A model generated the notes under the pieces. It had not been told where the DNA came from and did no database searches. It was given only the letters and a program-made list of their open reading frames with translations. A program made the translations under genes and the position numbers. Below, piece by piece: positions 14,520-27,715 of a stretch of 64,000 bases of DNA (the first letter of the stretch is position 1; every line of letters starts with the position of its first letter). The DNA is from Haplodiscus bocki (taxonomy: Eukaryota), in the NCBI GenBank assembly GCA_965655095.1, contig OZ296656.1, positions 83,080,001-83,144,000 of the forward strand, read 5' to 3'.

Positions 14520-14700
14520 CACTGCAAAACAGCCGCGTGCAAAATTACCTGCGATGGCCGCAGGTAAACCGTTCCGCAGGTAAAATTACATGTGGATGCA
14601 GCCAAAATTTTCCACAGGTAACGATTGCCTGCAGTTTCTGCAGGTAACTAGCGGAAATTTAACTGCGCCCGCAGATAAATTGCGTGAAGCGTCTACTGTA
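14520..14700 (+). repeat. CACTG-family transposon end (copy 3) with GCAGGTAA subterminal repeats
   Basis: CACTGCAAAACAGCCGCGTGCAAAATTACCTGC followed by several (G)CAGGTAA motifs. Confidence 0.5.
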
Positions 14701-14899
14701 TGTTTCAGGGTGGATTTTTTCAAACCTAGTGACATCTCCTGTTAATCAGCACCAAACAACTTGATGAAAATAAACATTTACTGCCCTTAAAGTGAATGAT
14801 AAATCGTTCAAAAGTGATTTTGTTCAGACTAATGTGGACTGCAAAAGTGATGGCTGCTCAACGCTTTGCCCTAGATGATCCACCTGAGATTTCTTCTAA

Positions 14900-15003
14900 T
14901 AATCTTGCAAAAAACGCTCACATTATAAATTCCTTGCAAGAATTTTGCAAGAACAATTATGCCTTGCAAGTACAGAAAACTCTTGCAAGTTTCTTGCAAG
15001 AAA
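14900..15003. repeat. Cluster of the palindrome CTTGCAAG (about 6 copies), probably DNA-transposon subterminal repeats
   Basis: Exact or near copies at ~14904, 14933, 14944, 14963, 14982 and 14993. Confidence 0.55.
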
Positions 15004-16146
15004 CCGCAATATAATTCCAAGAAACTTCCAAGAAAAGGTATGATTTCCAGAAAAATTGAAGGCTGTCTCCGTGTCTATTTGGTCTCAATTCGTTAAGAAT
15101 CAATTTTGATAAAATGAAGCATTTTTGGCAGCAAGGTTATTCATGGATGCCTGAAAAACACATCTTCATTTTTGTTTCGATTTTTCAAAGAAAATATTTG
15201 TGAATGCACTCACAAAAACAGGTGAAATTTTCAACTTGTTGCACGCCTCCTGCAACAAAACCTAAAAAAATTCCAAAAAACTTCCAAGAGAATGTAAGAT
15301 TTCTAGAAATTGCTACCAAATGAAATTGTCCGCGAGTCCTCAAAGAAGGGGTTTTAACAAATCGGAGATTTTCTCGCAGCAACGTCATCTACGAATAGCT
15401 GAAAAACACCTCTTCGATGTCAATCCGACTTTTGAGAATAATTTAAACAAATACCACTCGAAACCAAAAGCGTTTTTCGAAATCTGGAAAAACCGCATTT
15501 AGACTAAAGAAAACAGTTGCACCGATTCAATGCTCGGTCCCAATTTTATCATCCACTTTTCGTACATCGAGCCCAAATCATTAATTCCATATTCATCCTT
15601 TTTAAGTTCGAAATCAGTAAATTGTACAAGAAGAAAACTGCCCATTTTTTTCCCAAGTTGTTCGCTTTTTACAATAGAACGCGTCTACAGAAGTTGTTAA
15701 TCTCGGAAATTTGTCTATATTGCCCAAAGTTGAGTTTGCAGGTCATTTTTCATTCGCCGCTTTCTCACAAAAGTGCGCAAGTTTTACATCGATTTCAGAT
15801 TAGGAATGTTCAAAAATTAACCTTACCTTCAAATTTTTTTGAAGATATTGTCAGATATGCGTTCTCTATGTCTCGAGCAACATTTTGGTTTAAACAAAAA
15901 GTCCAATCACATGACCAATGGATAGATGGAAATCTTGCTATCAGTGAATTCTCATTGGCTTGATGACCCTGGTTTTAATTGAATAATAATTGAGTGACAC
16001 ACAAATCCGCCGATATATTGATAACGGCATAAAAGTTATAAACATTATAGTGCAAATTTTGCATACATTAAATATAGTGTCAGTGTTTGGATAATGATTG
16101 AAACTAGGCTTCAAATATGGTATATATAAAGGTTTTTCAAAAAGCT

Positions 16147-16323
16147 GCCCACGGGACACTTTTTAGTTTACGTTTGAAAGTGTCCATCCGCTAAATTCTC
16201 AAGGTAGTTGAGGTAGTGCGGACATCGGAAAAATTATGGTTTCCGATATATCAGCTAGTTCGGTTACGGTCTAGTATGTCCATAATTACCGTCCGTCGGG
16301 GACATCAAAAAATGTCCTACGGT
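16147..16323. mobile_element. Small MITE-like element
   Basis: Imperfect inverted ends CCCACGGGACACTTTTT / AAAAATGTCCTACGG and internal GGACAT/ATGTCC repeats. Confidence 0.45.
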
Positions 16324-16559
16324 TGATACATGAGTTTATGTGCTGTTCAGACATCGATAAAAGACTGTTTCAAATGTATCCAGTATATTTTGCGCTGCGG
16401 GGTCTTGATGAATCATCGTTTACTCTCAGACATTGGGAAGGATCTGAGTTTTGGTGTAAACTGTTTCTTCAACCAAAACCGATGTGTTTTGTCCTGTATA
16501 CACTATTGCGTGCTTTAGCCATCGCTTCCTGTTGGTAACCCAGCTGCAGAGTCAGTATT

Positions 16560-17210
16560 CGCCGTTTTCCGTCTCAGGCGGATGAAAAACGATATAAATC
16601 TTTTATTTCTCCAAAACCCATTCTGCTCGGGTTTTATCCACTTCAAATCTCTGGTTACTGTTCTCCTTTTGAGAATTTTTGCCTTCACTTACTGCAGAAT
16701 GGATTCTGGAGTGAAAACATCAGAACGATTGTTATCCGGTGGGGCGTAGATTCAGCTCAATAAAAGTGTGTTTAGTTGATTTACTGCATTACTGGGGGCA
16801 CATGTGATACTTGCAGATTTTCGGCCGAAGTATACCAGTGTCTTTTAATCTCGCTATATGTGTTTTCACCTTTGAACTTCAGTCAGAATCGAGCGCCAGC
16901 CAGGTTTGTGTTGCGGATATCTTCTGCACTATTGGTTTTGGTGTGATGTAACTGCTAATTTATAAAATGCTCAGCAGTACTTGGTTTTACATACTACATA
17001 GTGTGTTATATAATATATAGTCGCTTTCATATCGGGGGAGAGGAGAAGTAATATGACATAGTTGCATTTGTACCTTTATGCATTTTTCGGCTAAAGAACT
17101 TGCATTAAGACTTTGTTTCCTGTAGTGGCTTCATACATATAGAGCATAGCCCTATTTTTAGGGATATGTAGATATAGATAACTCAGTATTTCCCTCATGC
17201 AGGCATGATA
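16560..17210 (-). mobile_element. 5' fragment of an LTR of the 11248-13132 family (left boundary uncertain)
   Basis: 17070-17210 aligns by eye with 13000-13132 (AGAACTTGCATTAAGA, TGGCTTCATACA, TTTTAGGGATATGTAGATA, TATTTCCCTCATGCA). 17020-17060 matches 20320-20350. Confidence 0.6.
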
Positions 17211-19399
17211 TTGGCATCAATAAATATGTAATTTTGACAAGAATTCAAAATGGGTTACTTGACGGGTTCCATCTCAATTTTAACTAATATCACGATTATT
17301 TCCACCACTGGATAACGTTATCGTAACTCTCATATTTCATTACCATGAGTGGACAACTTGAACTATGAATAGCCATAGTAGGATCTCATTGGCATTAACT
17401 TTTTGACTCACTTCTTGATTCTTCTTGTCATGTTGTTGTTCTCCTTAACGCTTCCTATCATTGTTTTCTAAACTGTTCTTAACTCTTTCGGAAAAGCTGT
17501 GCTTGAACATGCATACGATCAACCGAGGAGGTACGCTTTAATTCCGTTGACTCAGCTTAGCAGTGTCTTCAAGTTAGTATACAACCACCAACGTACCTGA
17601 ACAATTTTGAAACAAATTCCTGCAGGCATCCCATTGTGGGAACATTCACGTAATATTAATCTTAAAACAACAATTTTTCAACTAAATAGGTGGTTGGGCC
17701 TGGAAAATCATCGTGAAAAATCGCCCAGAGTTGACTGAAACTTTCTTATTAAAAAAACGAGCTTTTACTGAGACTTTTATATAATGGGCCTGCACTAATA
17801 GCTCGCAAATTTTCAACATCAACATTTTTTAATCTGGCTTTCATTGTTCGCAGACTGCAACTTTCCTCCTTAGCAGGCTCATTTATTTGTTCGCGAAGCC
17901 TTTCAGCTGCTCGTAGTCATTCCGTTTTGTAGGTTTCAAAATGAGCACCATCTCCTCGCACGTAATCATCACGCGTTTGCACTCCATTTTTCAAAAACTT
18001 TTTTGTCCTACTGATTAGCCAGACCTTTTATCAGTCTGACTTCTTCAACCACATCCTCTAAATCGTGTCCCATTATTAGTAGTTCAGTAGCGTTATAAAC
18101 AATATTCGGATGAGCAAGTTTTGGATAAATTGTGTTTTTCGATCAGTCTGAAGGCAACTGACATTGATACATGCGACTGTGCTGGAATTGCAAAGTCATC
18201 GATATCGTAGTTTTCTAATGAGGTTTCAAAACGTCCATGAAGACCACGTGACATTTTTGGCGAGGCTGCAGAGCTAAATTGATCAAATTTCTGGAAAAAA
18301 AGAAGAAAGTTCTACCCCGTAATCGGACGCTGCCGCGTTGTTTTGATAATGAATTGAAAACAAGGCCTTCTTCGAAGTATTCGCATACCAATTACTTTCG
18401 TTTCATTTTCGCCTACGTCAATTTTCCATCCTGGATGCAAATGTCTAATGGTTGGCGATATGATGAGAATATATACTTTTGGGAAGTTTTTCAGGCAAAG
18501 CAAAAAATGCTAAAAAAGTCTAGACTTTCTTTCCTGAAGCTTCATTAATGTTGATGTCTGTGCAAACCTTTGTCTTTTCTCGAAGTTTTGCGTTTTACGG
18601 CATTTGGAGTTGCCGTTCTCAAGCAGAAGGTTTTCAATTTCAAAGGCAAGTTGATTATTGCGGTTTCATAAAAGTGAAAAGACTTAATAACAAAAATTGG
18701 CACCAAAAATCGCCACGATTGGTCATTGATTAGCCGATCAATTGAAAGAAAAATTGGTAATAGACTTATCTCTAGTGTGTGTTTTTTTTCTGTGCTCAAA
18801 CTACTTTTTTAGCAGTCTCAAATGTTCCGAACTATTTACATCAATCTCGACAGAAAAACTATCAAGAGTTTTGTTGACAACGACCCAATTTTCACGTTTG
18901 CTTGGAAGACACGGTACAGTAATTTTGCTGTTTTCCTCCGTAGGATCTGAAAACGCTTCACTGATATTGGGAACTTCGGTTTCAAATTTGACCAAAGAGT
19001 GTACACCAAGTTATGGGACCAAGAAATAACTAGAAGAGACCTCAATTTAAGAACGAACAAAAACGGAGGTGAAAATTTCCTTTTTAAAGCTGAACTAATT
19101 TCTAAAACTTCTGAGATGTTACAACCAGTTTTTTCAAAAACAAATTGAACTAATTTCGCCTTTATGTTAGCAGGACGAGCACCACAATCAAATTCTGGCA
19201 CTCTGACCATTATTACAAATTTCGATTTTCCACAAAACATACTCGCCCTCATAAGTACGTGCCACTGATAAATAAAGAAAACAAAGAATTTTTGGAAAAT
19301 AGATGGCAAACTGTTGGTCACTAACTCAAATGCGGTCTTATTTAATGAGAAAAGGGCCAAACGGAACGACTATCACCACATGAAAAGATTCGGGGAGAA

Positions 19400-20050
19400 A
19401 CTAATGAGCTTGATAGCAATCACAATCGCATTCGACAAGCTGTGGAAACCAGATAGATTACTGTCGAAAATTGAGTTTTGAGGGCCATCTTTGAGCTCCT
19501 TCAACTTCTAGTTCGGCGATACAAACAGCACCCAAACAATCAAGCGGCCGCGGTATAATCATAATCGCAGAACCTATGCAAAAATGTTAACCCAAAGCAT
19601 ACAACGGAACTGAACTGAAGATGTTAACATCGATGCTTGGATGAGGATGATAAAGAACTATCTCAACCGTCAAGAGAACATGATTGAAAATGGATAAAAC
19701 TTGTTGAATATTAGATGCCTCCCCAAAACAGTTCTTGTTTTTTTGACAAAAAACTTCAACCGACTACGACATGAAGGATAAACTGCTCCATCTTTTGGCA
19801 AAATGTTTTGACCGAATCCAATCTCCAGTTGCATAATTTTACCGACAACAAGAGTATCAGAAAACCATCAACCCTTCTGTGGATGATCTAAAAGCACTTA
19901 CCTTTCAGCCTATTCTCAGAAAAAGCACGTCGCGTGAAGTAACCTCGTTAGTCCAGATGTTGTCAAATAATTACAATGACGAAGGTCATCGAAGCGTACG
20001 CTAATACGCCACCCACTGTGCTACAGTTGTTACGCATTCTTGCTAGCAAT
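19400..20050 (+). pseudogene. Possible degraded retrotransposon gag remnant
   Basis: Fragments EDVNIDAWMRMIKNYL and RQQEYQKTINPSVDDLKAL resemble Gypsy capsid-domain patterns. Many stops. Confidence 0.35.
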
Positions 20051-20165
20051 ACATTCCGCCGCAAAACTTTTTGAAAACTCCAAAACGAATTAACCCATGT
20101 TGGTGTTCGCTATCAATACCCCAATACCCTATCAGGCAGCGTTACCAGAAAGTTTCAGAACCTCA

Positions 20166-21640
20166 TGTCAAGCCCGCATTAGGGGAATACACATACATAC
20201 ATACCAATATGCAACTAGCTTATGTCATATTATGAAATACCTACTCTATCTATTATATCGTAAGAGATAAATACTTAATGCAGCAACCTATATGAACCGA
20301 TATGAAAACCATTATGTTCTATTACTTTCCTCCCACACGATATGAAGGCGATGACATAATATGATTAATGGAATTGGATGTAGACGGAAACGTCACCCGA
20401 TCGAGCTGAAACATCTACTCCCAAAATAACCGAAGAAACAAGACCGCACTTGCCAATAATAAAGACATACGGACGAAATACCAACTTCTGCAACACTTGG
20501 ACAAACAAATACAAGACGGTTTACTGGCAAGAATACAATTGGAATAAGTCGTGTACCGAATCAAGCAAGTGTTCCGCTGAATGAAAATACGAATTTGGAG
20601 CAATTTGAACACTGCAGTAGGCGCGCCAGATTCAGCCACGTGTACCGCGAAATAGTCCTGAACAAAAATTGCCAGTTGAAATTCAAGCCTCAACAACGCG
20701 TGTACCAATTTACTCGGGGGAACAGTGGAAATGAAAGTCATAAAACCGACCAGGACATTTAAACAGCTATTCAATTGAAAAGGACGAGTCTAATAAACCA
20801 GAAACGAAAAAATTACTCTGAAGATTTTAGAACAAAATTTGATCACCAACGCTTTTTGGTGATGTCAATTTTTCGGGACAGTCTAAAATAAGTTCAAAAA
20901 CTCAAATTCAGAAATCGGTGATTTTTGTGTATAGAAATGTCGAATAAGCGTTGCAGAACACGTTTTGAGTCATTTGATGAAAATCTAATACTTTCACCAA
21001 TATAGTGCTGTACCCATTTTGTCACCAGTACGCCAAAAATTTCGTTTTGAAAAGGTGCTAAAGTGCAATATTAAAGGCAGTTTTTGTGAACGCCAATCAG
21101 CAGGTGATAACGTGGTTACGTGACCAATTACAAAAATACTTAATTTGAGGCCAAAATGCGGGGCAGATACCCACGTAGCTAGTCAGAGAACACACGTCAC
21201 CCAAACGTAACACCAAAATATTAGTCATTGGTTATATAATTTGGACTCTTGTAAATAGCTACTTTGCATTGAAACTCTCTGAAAGTCTCAATTAAATTCA
21301 CTAAATTTACTAAACAGAACTTTTCTTACCACCGATCAAGGAACCGATTATGTCTGAAGAAAACAGAACCCCTACTCGACAGTTCGTTGAGATTGATGAT
21401 GCGCACGCTTCGGTAGAGTCAGCAGGTGACGGTGAGGACAATCTACAGTCCCATCTACTAGAGCGGAAGTTCTCATCAAGCGAAGTTGATAGAAGGTTAA
21501 ACGTGATAGTCGCTCCACTCGCAACAAAATCGAAACGTTAATCTAGTCGGTAACAGAACTTAGTGGAAAGAGTTCCAATAGATCGACTGAAGGGAACGTG
21601 GAATCCGAACGATCGAGGCCATAGGGTCAGCGTTCCGACA
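20166..21640 (+). mobile_element. Solo LTR (family of 11248-13132)
   Basis: Starts TGTCAAGCCCGCATTAGGGGAATA and ends TCCGACA. Flanks CCTCA/CCCCA form a 5-bp TSD with 1 mismatch. GGTTACGTGACC at ~21113. An embedded ORF from 21350 (MSEENR...EVDRRLNVIVAPLAT) continues after a frameshift towards the LTR edge. Confidence 0.65.
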
Positions 21641-23608
21641 CCCCAACCTCACATAATCCCATAACACATGCCGTTACCACTGATGTAACCCCTCTGCTGC
21701 CAATCACAGCGGCACGATGCAAAAAACTAGTGCTGAAAAAGTTTTTTCCTTCAATCTTGAACGTTCAGATCAGGAAAAAACTTGAGAAAGCTCCCGTGGA
21801 TCACCAATCGTACTATGGACAGAAAGTTAGAGAGATTCTTTGCAACACCAATGCAATGGAAACTGTACCTTAAGAACCCATGAATTAAGCCAAGGAATGT
21901 CGTCATGGTTGCTACATCTACCGAATTGAACAACTGTTGGGCACGCCTGGAACTTGTTTAGCTTGAATTGATGAAGGAAATTAATCCAATGATGTACACT
22001 TCGCTGTCGAGAGGCATACCTGAAACCAAAAGTTGGATCCTGTGTCTATCTTAAAACGCCAGCTTCCACACTGTCATTAAATTAACGTGATTTTGACGGT
22101 TAAGACACTCTTCTGCAAGAAGACAACTTCAAAGGCACCACAATTCCTTACCGTGCGCATCAGATTGACCCTATTCTCCTTACTAAAGATGTCAGCTGGA
22201 TGCGCAAATGATTTGTACGCCACCAATTCTGAGCCTACGGAGTTTGTTCCACGATTGTTTCCTGAGAAAGTTACGGAAACTGGTAATGTAGAGATATAAA
22301 TTGTCTTAAAGGGAATAACTCCTGTTTTCCTCCTGAAATGACACTATCAGTTTGTTTTACCAACACGACTTTGATTCTCCAACAATCTGTGAACTTGTTT
22401 AGTTAGTTTTACAAGAACAGAAATGAAACTTTTTTGAGTTCCCCTGGTTATGCAACCCTCTGACTTTGGCAGAAATCACGTGTTTTTCAAGTCAAATCAA
22501 TGAACTTTGTTCGGAAAAGAACTTTTACAGATGAGATTCGGCTTGCGCAATCCGCAGAAAAGTACCTGCCCCCATTAATTGGCAATCCCGTTGGCTATTG
22601 GCTTGACATTCGTCTTATCCTCTAGTGTAATTTACATTTCGATGAACAAACACTTTTCGGAAGAAAGGACTTTATATTATTTAGTTAAATGAGTTTTGTT
22701 TTGCACATCTGCCGGTTGTCGACCAAAAAGTGGTCGTCATATCAAAATCTTTTTCGTAACTAATAGTCCTATTGAAAGATTTTTGATCAGAAGGATTCCA
22801 TCGGAAAAATTCCGGTGATCACTTGAACAACGATTTATTCTTTTTTTTGCTTACAACTGGAAAACAGCTGCTAAAGAACATTTGACTCTGAGCTTTGCTT
22901 ACAATTGGCCGATAGGTCTGTTTGGAATTGCTCCAGTAATAACCTAATTTTCAAATGTAATGTTTGCATATAATTCTTTGGGACCGTGCCTTTTCACCAC
23001 TAGCTAAACGTTTGTAGAATCTGGGAGCAAATTTTTGTTTATGATTCGTACCACACCTTTGAACATAACGTGTCTTGCTACAAAGACTCCTCAATTAACC
23101 TCAAATCTTTCTTTTCAGATCCAACATGAGCCACCAACGAAAACTAGGACTGCAAACAATCATCGGCCGATAAGGAACCAAAACAACCGTACACACCGCT
23201 GCATCTTTCGAACTATTAACGAAACAGTCAAACGGAAGCTAACAGTCCATGACGTATCTAATCCCAATCTCAAATTCCACTAGAACTGGGATATCGAAGA
23301 AGACGGTATCAACGAGGCTAACTCAAAGAATAATCAAGCTAACGATTAATGGATCTCTTTTTCAGCCTCCATCGAGGACATTGCTGCATTTGTCTGAAAC
23401 CTTGCCGCTGGTTGCGCAACTCTCTGTTGCCAAATGTGTCATTGGAAATCAAAACTTCAACGCAGATAGTGCGTTTGATGACCTTCAATGGGAAAAAGTG
23501 GGTAACGGAAGTGGATGATGAAACAGACTAGAATGAGGTGACGCTTCTGCTCAAACAACGGAACCTACGTACAAAAAGTTCCACTTCTGGGTCCATCTGT
23601 GTTTTAAC

Positions 23609-25873
23609 CAGTCATGTGCAATTCAAGAAAAAAACGTCCAATTCAGTTTCGATTCAATTAGCTTTGTTAAATTGCAATTCAATTAAATATCAATTCAATT
23701 CAGTAAGAGCAATGAAATTAGGTGCAACTGAGTGATCATATTTTCAAACTCTTCTTCAAAAAAAGAAGAACTCGATAATTCATAAGTGAAAGATCTTGTT
23801 TGCCGTCTGTGACATTATTTCCGGCGTCTGACCGAACTCTTTCACTCGGTGCAGCTGTTGGCCAAAACCATTCGAGCAGCTTCAGCTAGTTTGGGGAAGC
23901 TTTTTCAATTTTCAAAATTCAACTGGATTTTTACTCCGTTCAATTATTGTTTGCGAGAAAAAACGATCATTTTCCAAAATCAAATCAGTGTCACGATCAG
24001 CGCAATTTTTACTTTTTTTGTCGTTTACAGGCCACATCAAAGACATCCCAAAACGAACCGGAGCCGTCTACAGAAGTTTCAATATGTAGCTCATGAGAGG
24101 AACAGCTTGTTCTAATGACCGAAATTGACGTGATAAATTTAAGCAGTTTTTGAGCTCCTTGAGAGTCGTTTTAACCAAAACGATCTTGAATCTCGGGGCT
24201 AATAGCATCCCAAGAAAATGGTAAGTACTATCTTTATAATTTCTTGAGAAGCGCTCTTGTAGGCTTTTCAGTAAGTTTTAGCAAAAACGATAACCAAAAT
24301 TTTCATCGTTTTTCATTCGCTTATTCATTATTTCAGTGTTTTTTTTCAAGACCAAAGAGAAGAAAGTTTATTGTTGACAACATGATATATTTTCCCCCGA
24401 TGAAATTAACGTCGCTTCTTAAAATTGCTTAAGTATAGCGAAGAACTGTTAAAATTTCTCCCTTTTTCTGAAGATCGAAAAATGTTAGTCTACAATTGAG
24501 AAGAAGACAACATGAGAGGCTCCCAATTTTCAAATAAAAGTTTTTTTCCAGGTTTTCTGAACTCCATCAAGTTTCGATTGCAGGAACAAGTTTCTTTTCG
24601 TGTATGCCGAGTTTTTTTGACTGGCATCGAAGTTTTCGAGAGATTCATGAAAATTTGTTACTGTGTCGGTGCCTTTTTCCAAAATATTTGAGAGATTAGA
24701 TTTTTTCTCTATAGCCTCCTTAATTGTCAACCGGAGTGTATGGGGAAAGCAAGGAAGCGAGGGGAGAGCATCAGCTACTAACTTTAGGGCTTTGACAGAT
24801 TTGGACCCATTATCCGTTACCACGATAATTTTTTTTCTCCTATCAGAATGTTGTAGGTCTCTGGTACAAAATCATTTTCGCAAGAATTTTGTCGTAAGTA
24901 TGTCGCTCGGGAAAAAAATGTGTGTCGAGTAAGGAATTAATATTTTTGAATTTTTTATCGACAAAAAGACAAGTAATATCATTTAAACAGTTTTGTCTTT
25001 TCGTAGAACAAATATCGGCAGTTAATGCTAGAGACGTCAAAAAGCTAATAATTTCTTCTTTGACTCGATTTTGTTGCCACTCAAACTTTTCAGGATTATT
25101 GGATCTTGAAAACGTAGTTCGGGATGGAATTTTGTATCTTGGTTCAAATTTGTACAGAAGATTCCGAAGTCCACGATGTTCCTCCTTGGAAAACGGTTCT
25201 ATATCGATTGGTAGCTTTTCAGCAATCGCACGAATAAAACTTGTTTGTCACGGATCATTTCCGGTAAAGATTGGTGCATAGGCAAATTTTGTTTTTTTTC
25301 CAGATGATTCAGAAGCACAAGTGGCTTTCTTTTCCTGGTTTTTTTGTTTTTGCTTGTCAACTTTTTCTTCTCTTTGCCGTACATTTTATGCAGACCCAGA
25401 TGTTTCCTCTGCAAATGCTGTATCATGTTAGTTGTTCCACTTTTGGGACATGTAATTTGAATGCAGCACTTGTTGCACGAAATTCAATTTCCCTCATCAG
25501 TTTTCTTGAAATAATTTAAAGTGGGATGAGACTTTGCAGTTGACATTATTGAAACAAATTTAAATTTATTTTCGTTTCAGTTTTTCTCTCATTCAGGCTA
25601 TTCTTAAAAACTTTTCCTTTCATTCACGGAGGTGAAACATATAACTATATATTTTCAAGCGATTCAAAACGCTATCAGCGAATATTAGATAGCTGGTTCA
25701 TTCAGTTCCATCGATTATTACGTAGTTGCCCGAGAATAGTTTTATTCATCCGACGACGCGAGCTAGCGAATTGAATTGGAAGTCAATGCTAACCAATCAT
25801 ATCAATTCAATTAATTTAATTCCCTTGATTGAATTGACTTCCAATTCTCGATTCAATGAACTGCGCATGCCTA
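23609..25873 (-). mobile_element. Full-length, inactive hAT DNA transposon
   Basis: Imperfect TIRs CAGTCATGTGCAATTCA / TAGGCATGCGCAGTTCA. 8-bp TSD GTTTTAAC/GTTTCAAC. AATTCA/TGAATT subterminal repeats at both ends. Internal transposase remnant. Confidence 0.92.
23735..25546 (-). pseudogene. hAT transposase pseudogene with N-terminal BED zinc finger
   Basis: CNKC...GTTNMIQHLQRKH (BED), IPSRTTF, SLALTADICS, PERHT, VTDNGS, LPCFPHTLRL (CxxH motif), FPKLAEAAR...SERVRSDAG (C-terminal dimerisation region). Many frameshifts. Confidence 0.9.
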
Positions 25874-26543
25874 GTTTCAACCTTGCGAAATGACATCCAA
25901 CCAACAGACAATCTTGCTTCCATCCAATCAACAGCCAACTGTGCCACTGGCAAATCACAAGACAAGGATACAAACGTCTCATTCGGGGAAGGTTAATTCA
26001 GAGTTTCTAGTCAACAGTTCCAACTATCAAGACATCGCAGATCTCTTGACGGTAAATGAAACGGCGCCAGTCGTGGCATCCGCTAGTAGATTGGTTAAAA
26101 ATTTTGAAAGCTTCTGCAGAAGCCCAAGACTTGTCACGACCAGAACCTTACACTGTTTTTCATCAAGTCACACCCCTGGAGCTTTTATCAGGAACTGCGC
26201 AAATATACCGGTAGTACAAAAATTTTGTGTGCAGTCTTGCTAATCTCATCTAAACATCAAAATTTCATCAGATGCATCATCGAGCCAGTCCGAAATATCC
26301 ATCTCACCTGCATCATCTCATTGATAAACCATGAGTGAACAACAGCAGGAACTGACTCACAACAATAAAATGCATCAACAATCAGTTATGCAGATGAAGC
26401 GACGTTTGGTGACCTCTAAACACTTCGGTGGACTCGTAAGTGATAAAACCTACAAATGCACTATCAACCTGGAGCTCTGTTCTCTATGAGTTTCACCGGT
26501 ATTCAAAGATGATTCAATTTTAACGGTTGAATCAGTATCTACT

Positions 26544-27715
26544 TGTAATGAGCGTGCGCTAGCCGGTAATAGTTAGGTCTCAATACCGGAAAGTCGCCGT
26601 CCGAAGCTTTCAACAATACGAGTCTCAAAATTTCTGTCTTGATCAACGTTCATATCTATTTGACTAGAAATCGATTTGAGCGGGTTGTTTTCAGTATTCC
26701 CTGTGAAATTCCTTAGATCAGAGTTTTGGACCACAATAGAGGGTCATCGTCCTAGTGACTCTGTGATCGATCTCACAACCACTTCAACTCGAGGAAATTG
26801 TACATTGTTGATTGCTGTCAACATTGCGTCATGCATACGATTTGCGACAGTCATAACAGCATTATCAACTACTTTCCTAATTCTGTCGCCAATACTGTTT
26901 TCACGGACTTGATCGTGACATGCACTGTTTCAACCGAATATAATCCTTCCGATTTTTTTAGGACGACTGTTGGTCTGACTTTCTAAGGTCTCATTTTCTG
27001 ATGCACTCGTATTGGTATCATTATCGATTTCAAAACTGTTTGAAGTCTCGTTCAACCGACTATGTTGTCTTTTTTGTTGTTGCTTCTTCTTCCGTGTGGA
27101 AACCTTATTGACTAAATAGTTGAACTCAACTCAAAAATGTAAATCAACAAGGTGCAACTGAATCATCATATATAAGAAATTATCAGTCAAAGAAACTTTC
27201 GTATTTGGAGGAAAAATGATTCGTCAAACGTTCAAATTGAGTTTTGCAACTGATCAGTAAGAAAGTTATGGAAAAATACGTTTTCCCGTTCCTTGAATTC
27301 GTTTTGCAAAGTTGAAGGTGATTTCTTTTTTTCCTTGTCCGATCGGTTCTCTCTGGAAACGATATTATTTGCGAAATTGTAATAGAAACTACAACATTAA
27401 AGGAAAGATTATCACTTTATTATGACATTTTTTCACGTGGTTCCAAAAAAAACATTGATATTCCAAAAAAAGAATAAAATACCGCTTTTGCATGNNNNNN
27501 NNNNNNNNNNNNNNNNNNNNNNNNNNNNNNNNNNNNNNNNNNNNNNNNNNNNNNNNNNNNNNNNNNNNNNNNNNNNNNNNNNNNNNNNNNNNNNNNNNNN
27601 NNNNNNNNNNNNNNNNNNNNNNNNNNNNNNNNNNNNNNNNNNNNNNNNNNNNNNNNNNNNNNNNNNNNNNNNNNNNNNNNNNNNNNNNNNNNNNCACAAG
27701 CTGCCTCTTGCGACG
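26544..27715 (-). repeat. 3' LTR of element 2, interrupted by the N gap
   Basis: Ends GCTCATTACA at 26544, the same point as the 5' LTR/PBS junction. After the gap, CGTCGCAAG (degenerate TGTCGCA) is preceded by a short purine run GGGAG. Confidence 0.7.
27495..27694. other. Assembly/scaffold gap (200 N)
   Basis: Run of N. The round size suggests a placeholder length. Confidence 0.99.

Noticed and set aside
17950-19360. Possible decayed gene on the - strand (ORFs 18312-19360)
   Set aside because: No recognisable motif or consistent frame; cannot support a call.
20415-20800. Integrase C-terminal (VVYRI) remnant
   Set aside because: It lies inside the TSD-flanked solo LTR 20166-21640 and has no GPY/F or DDE context.
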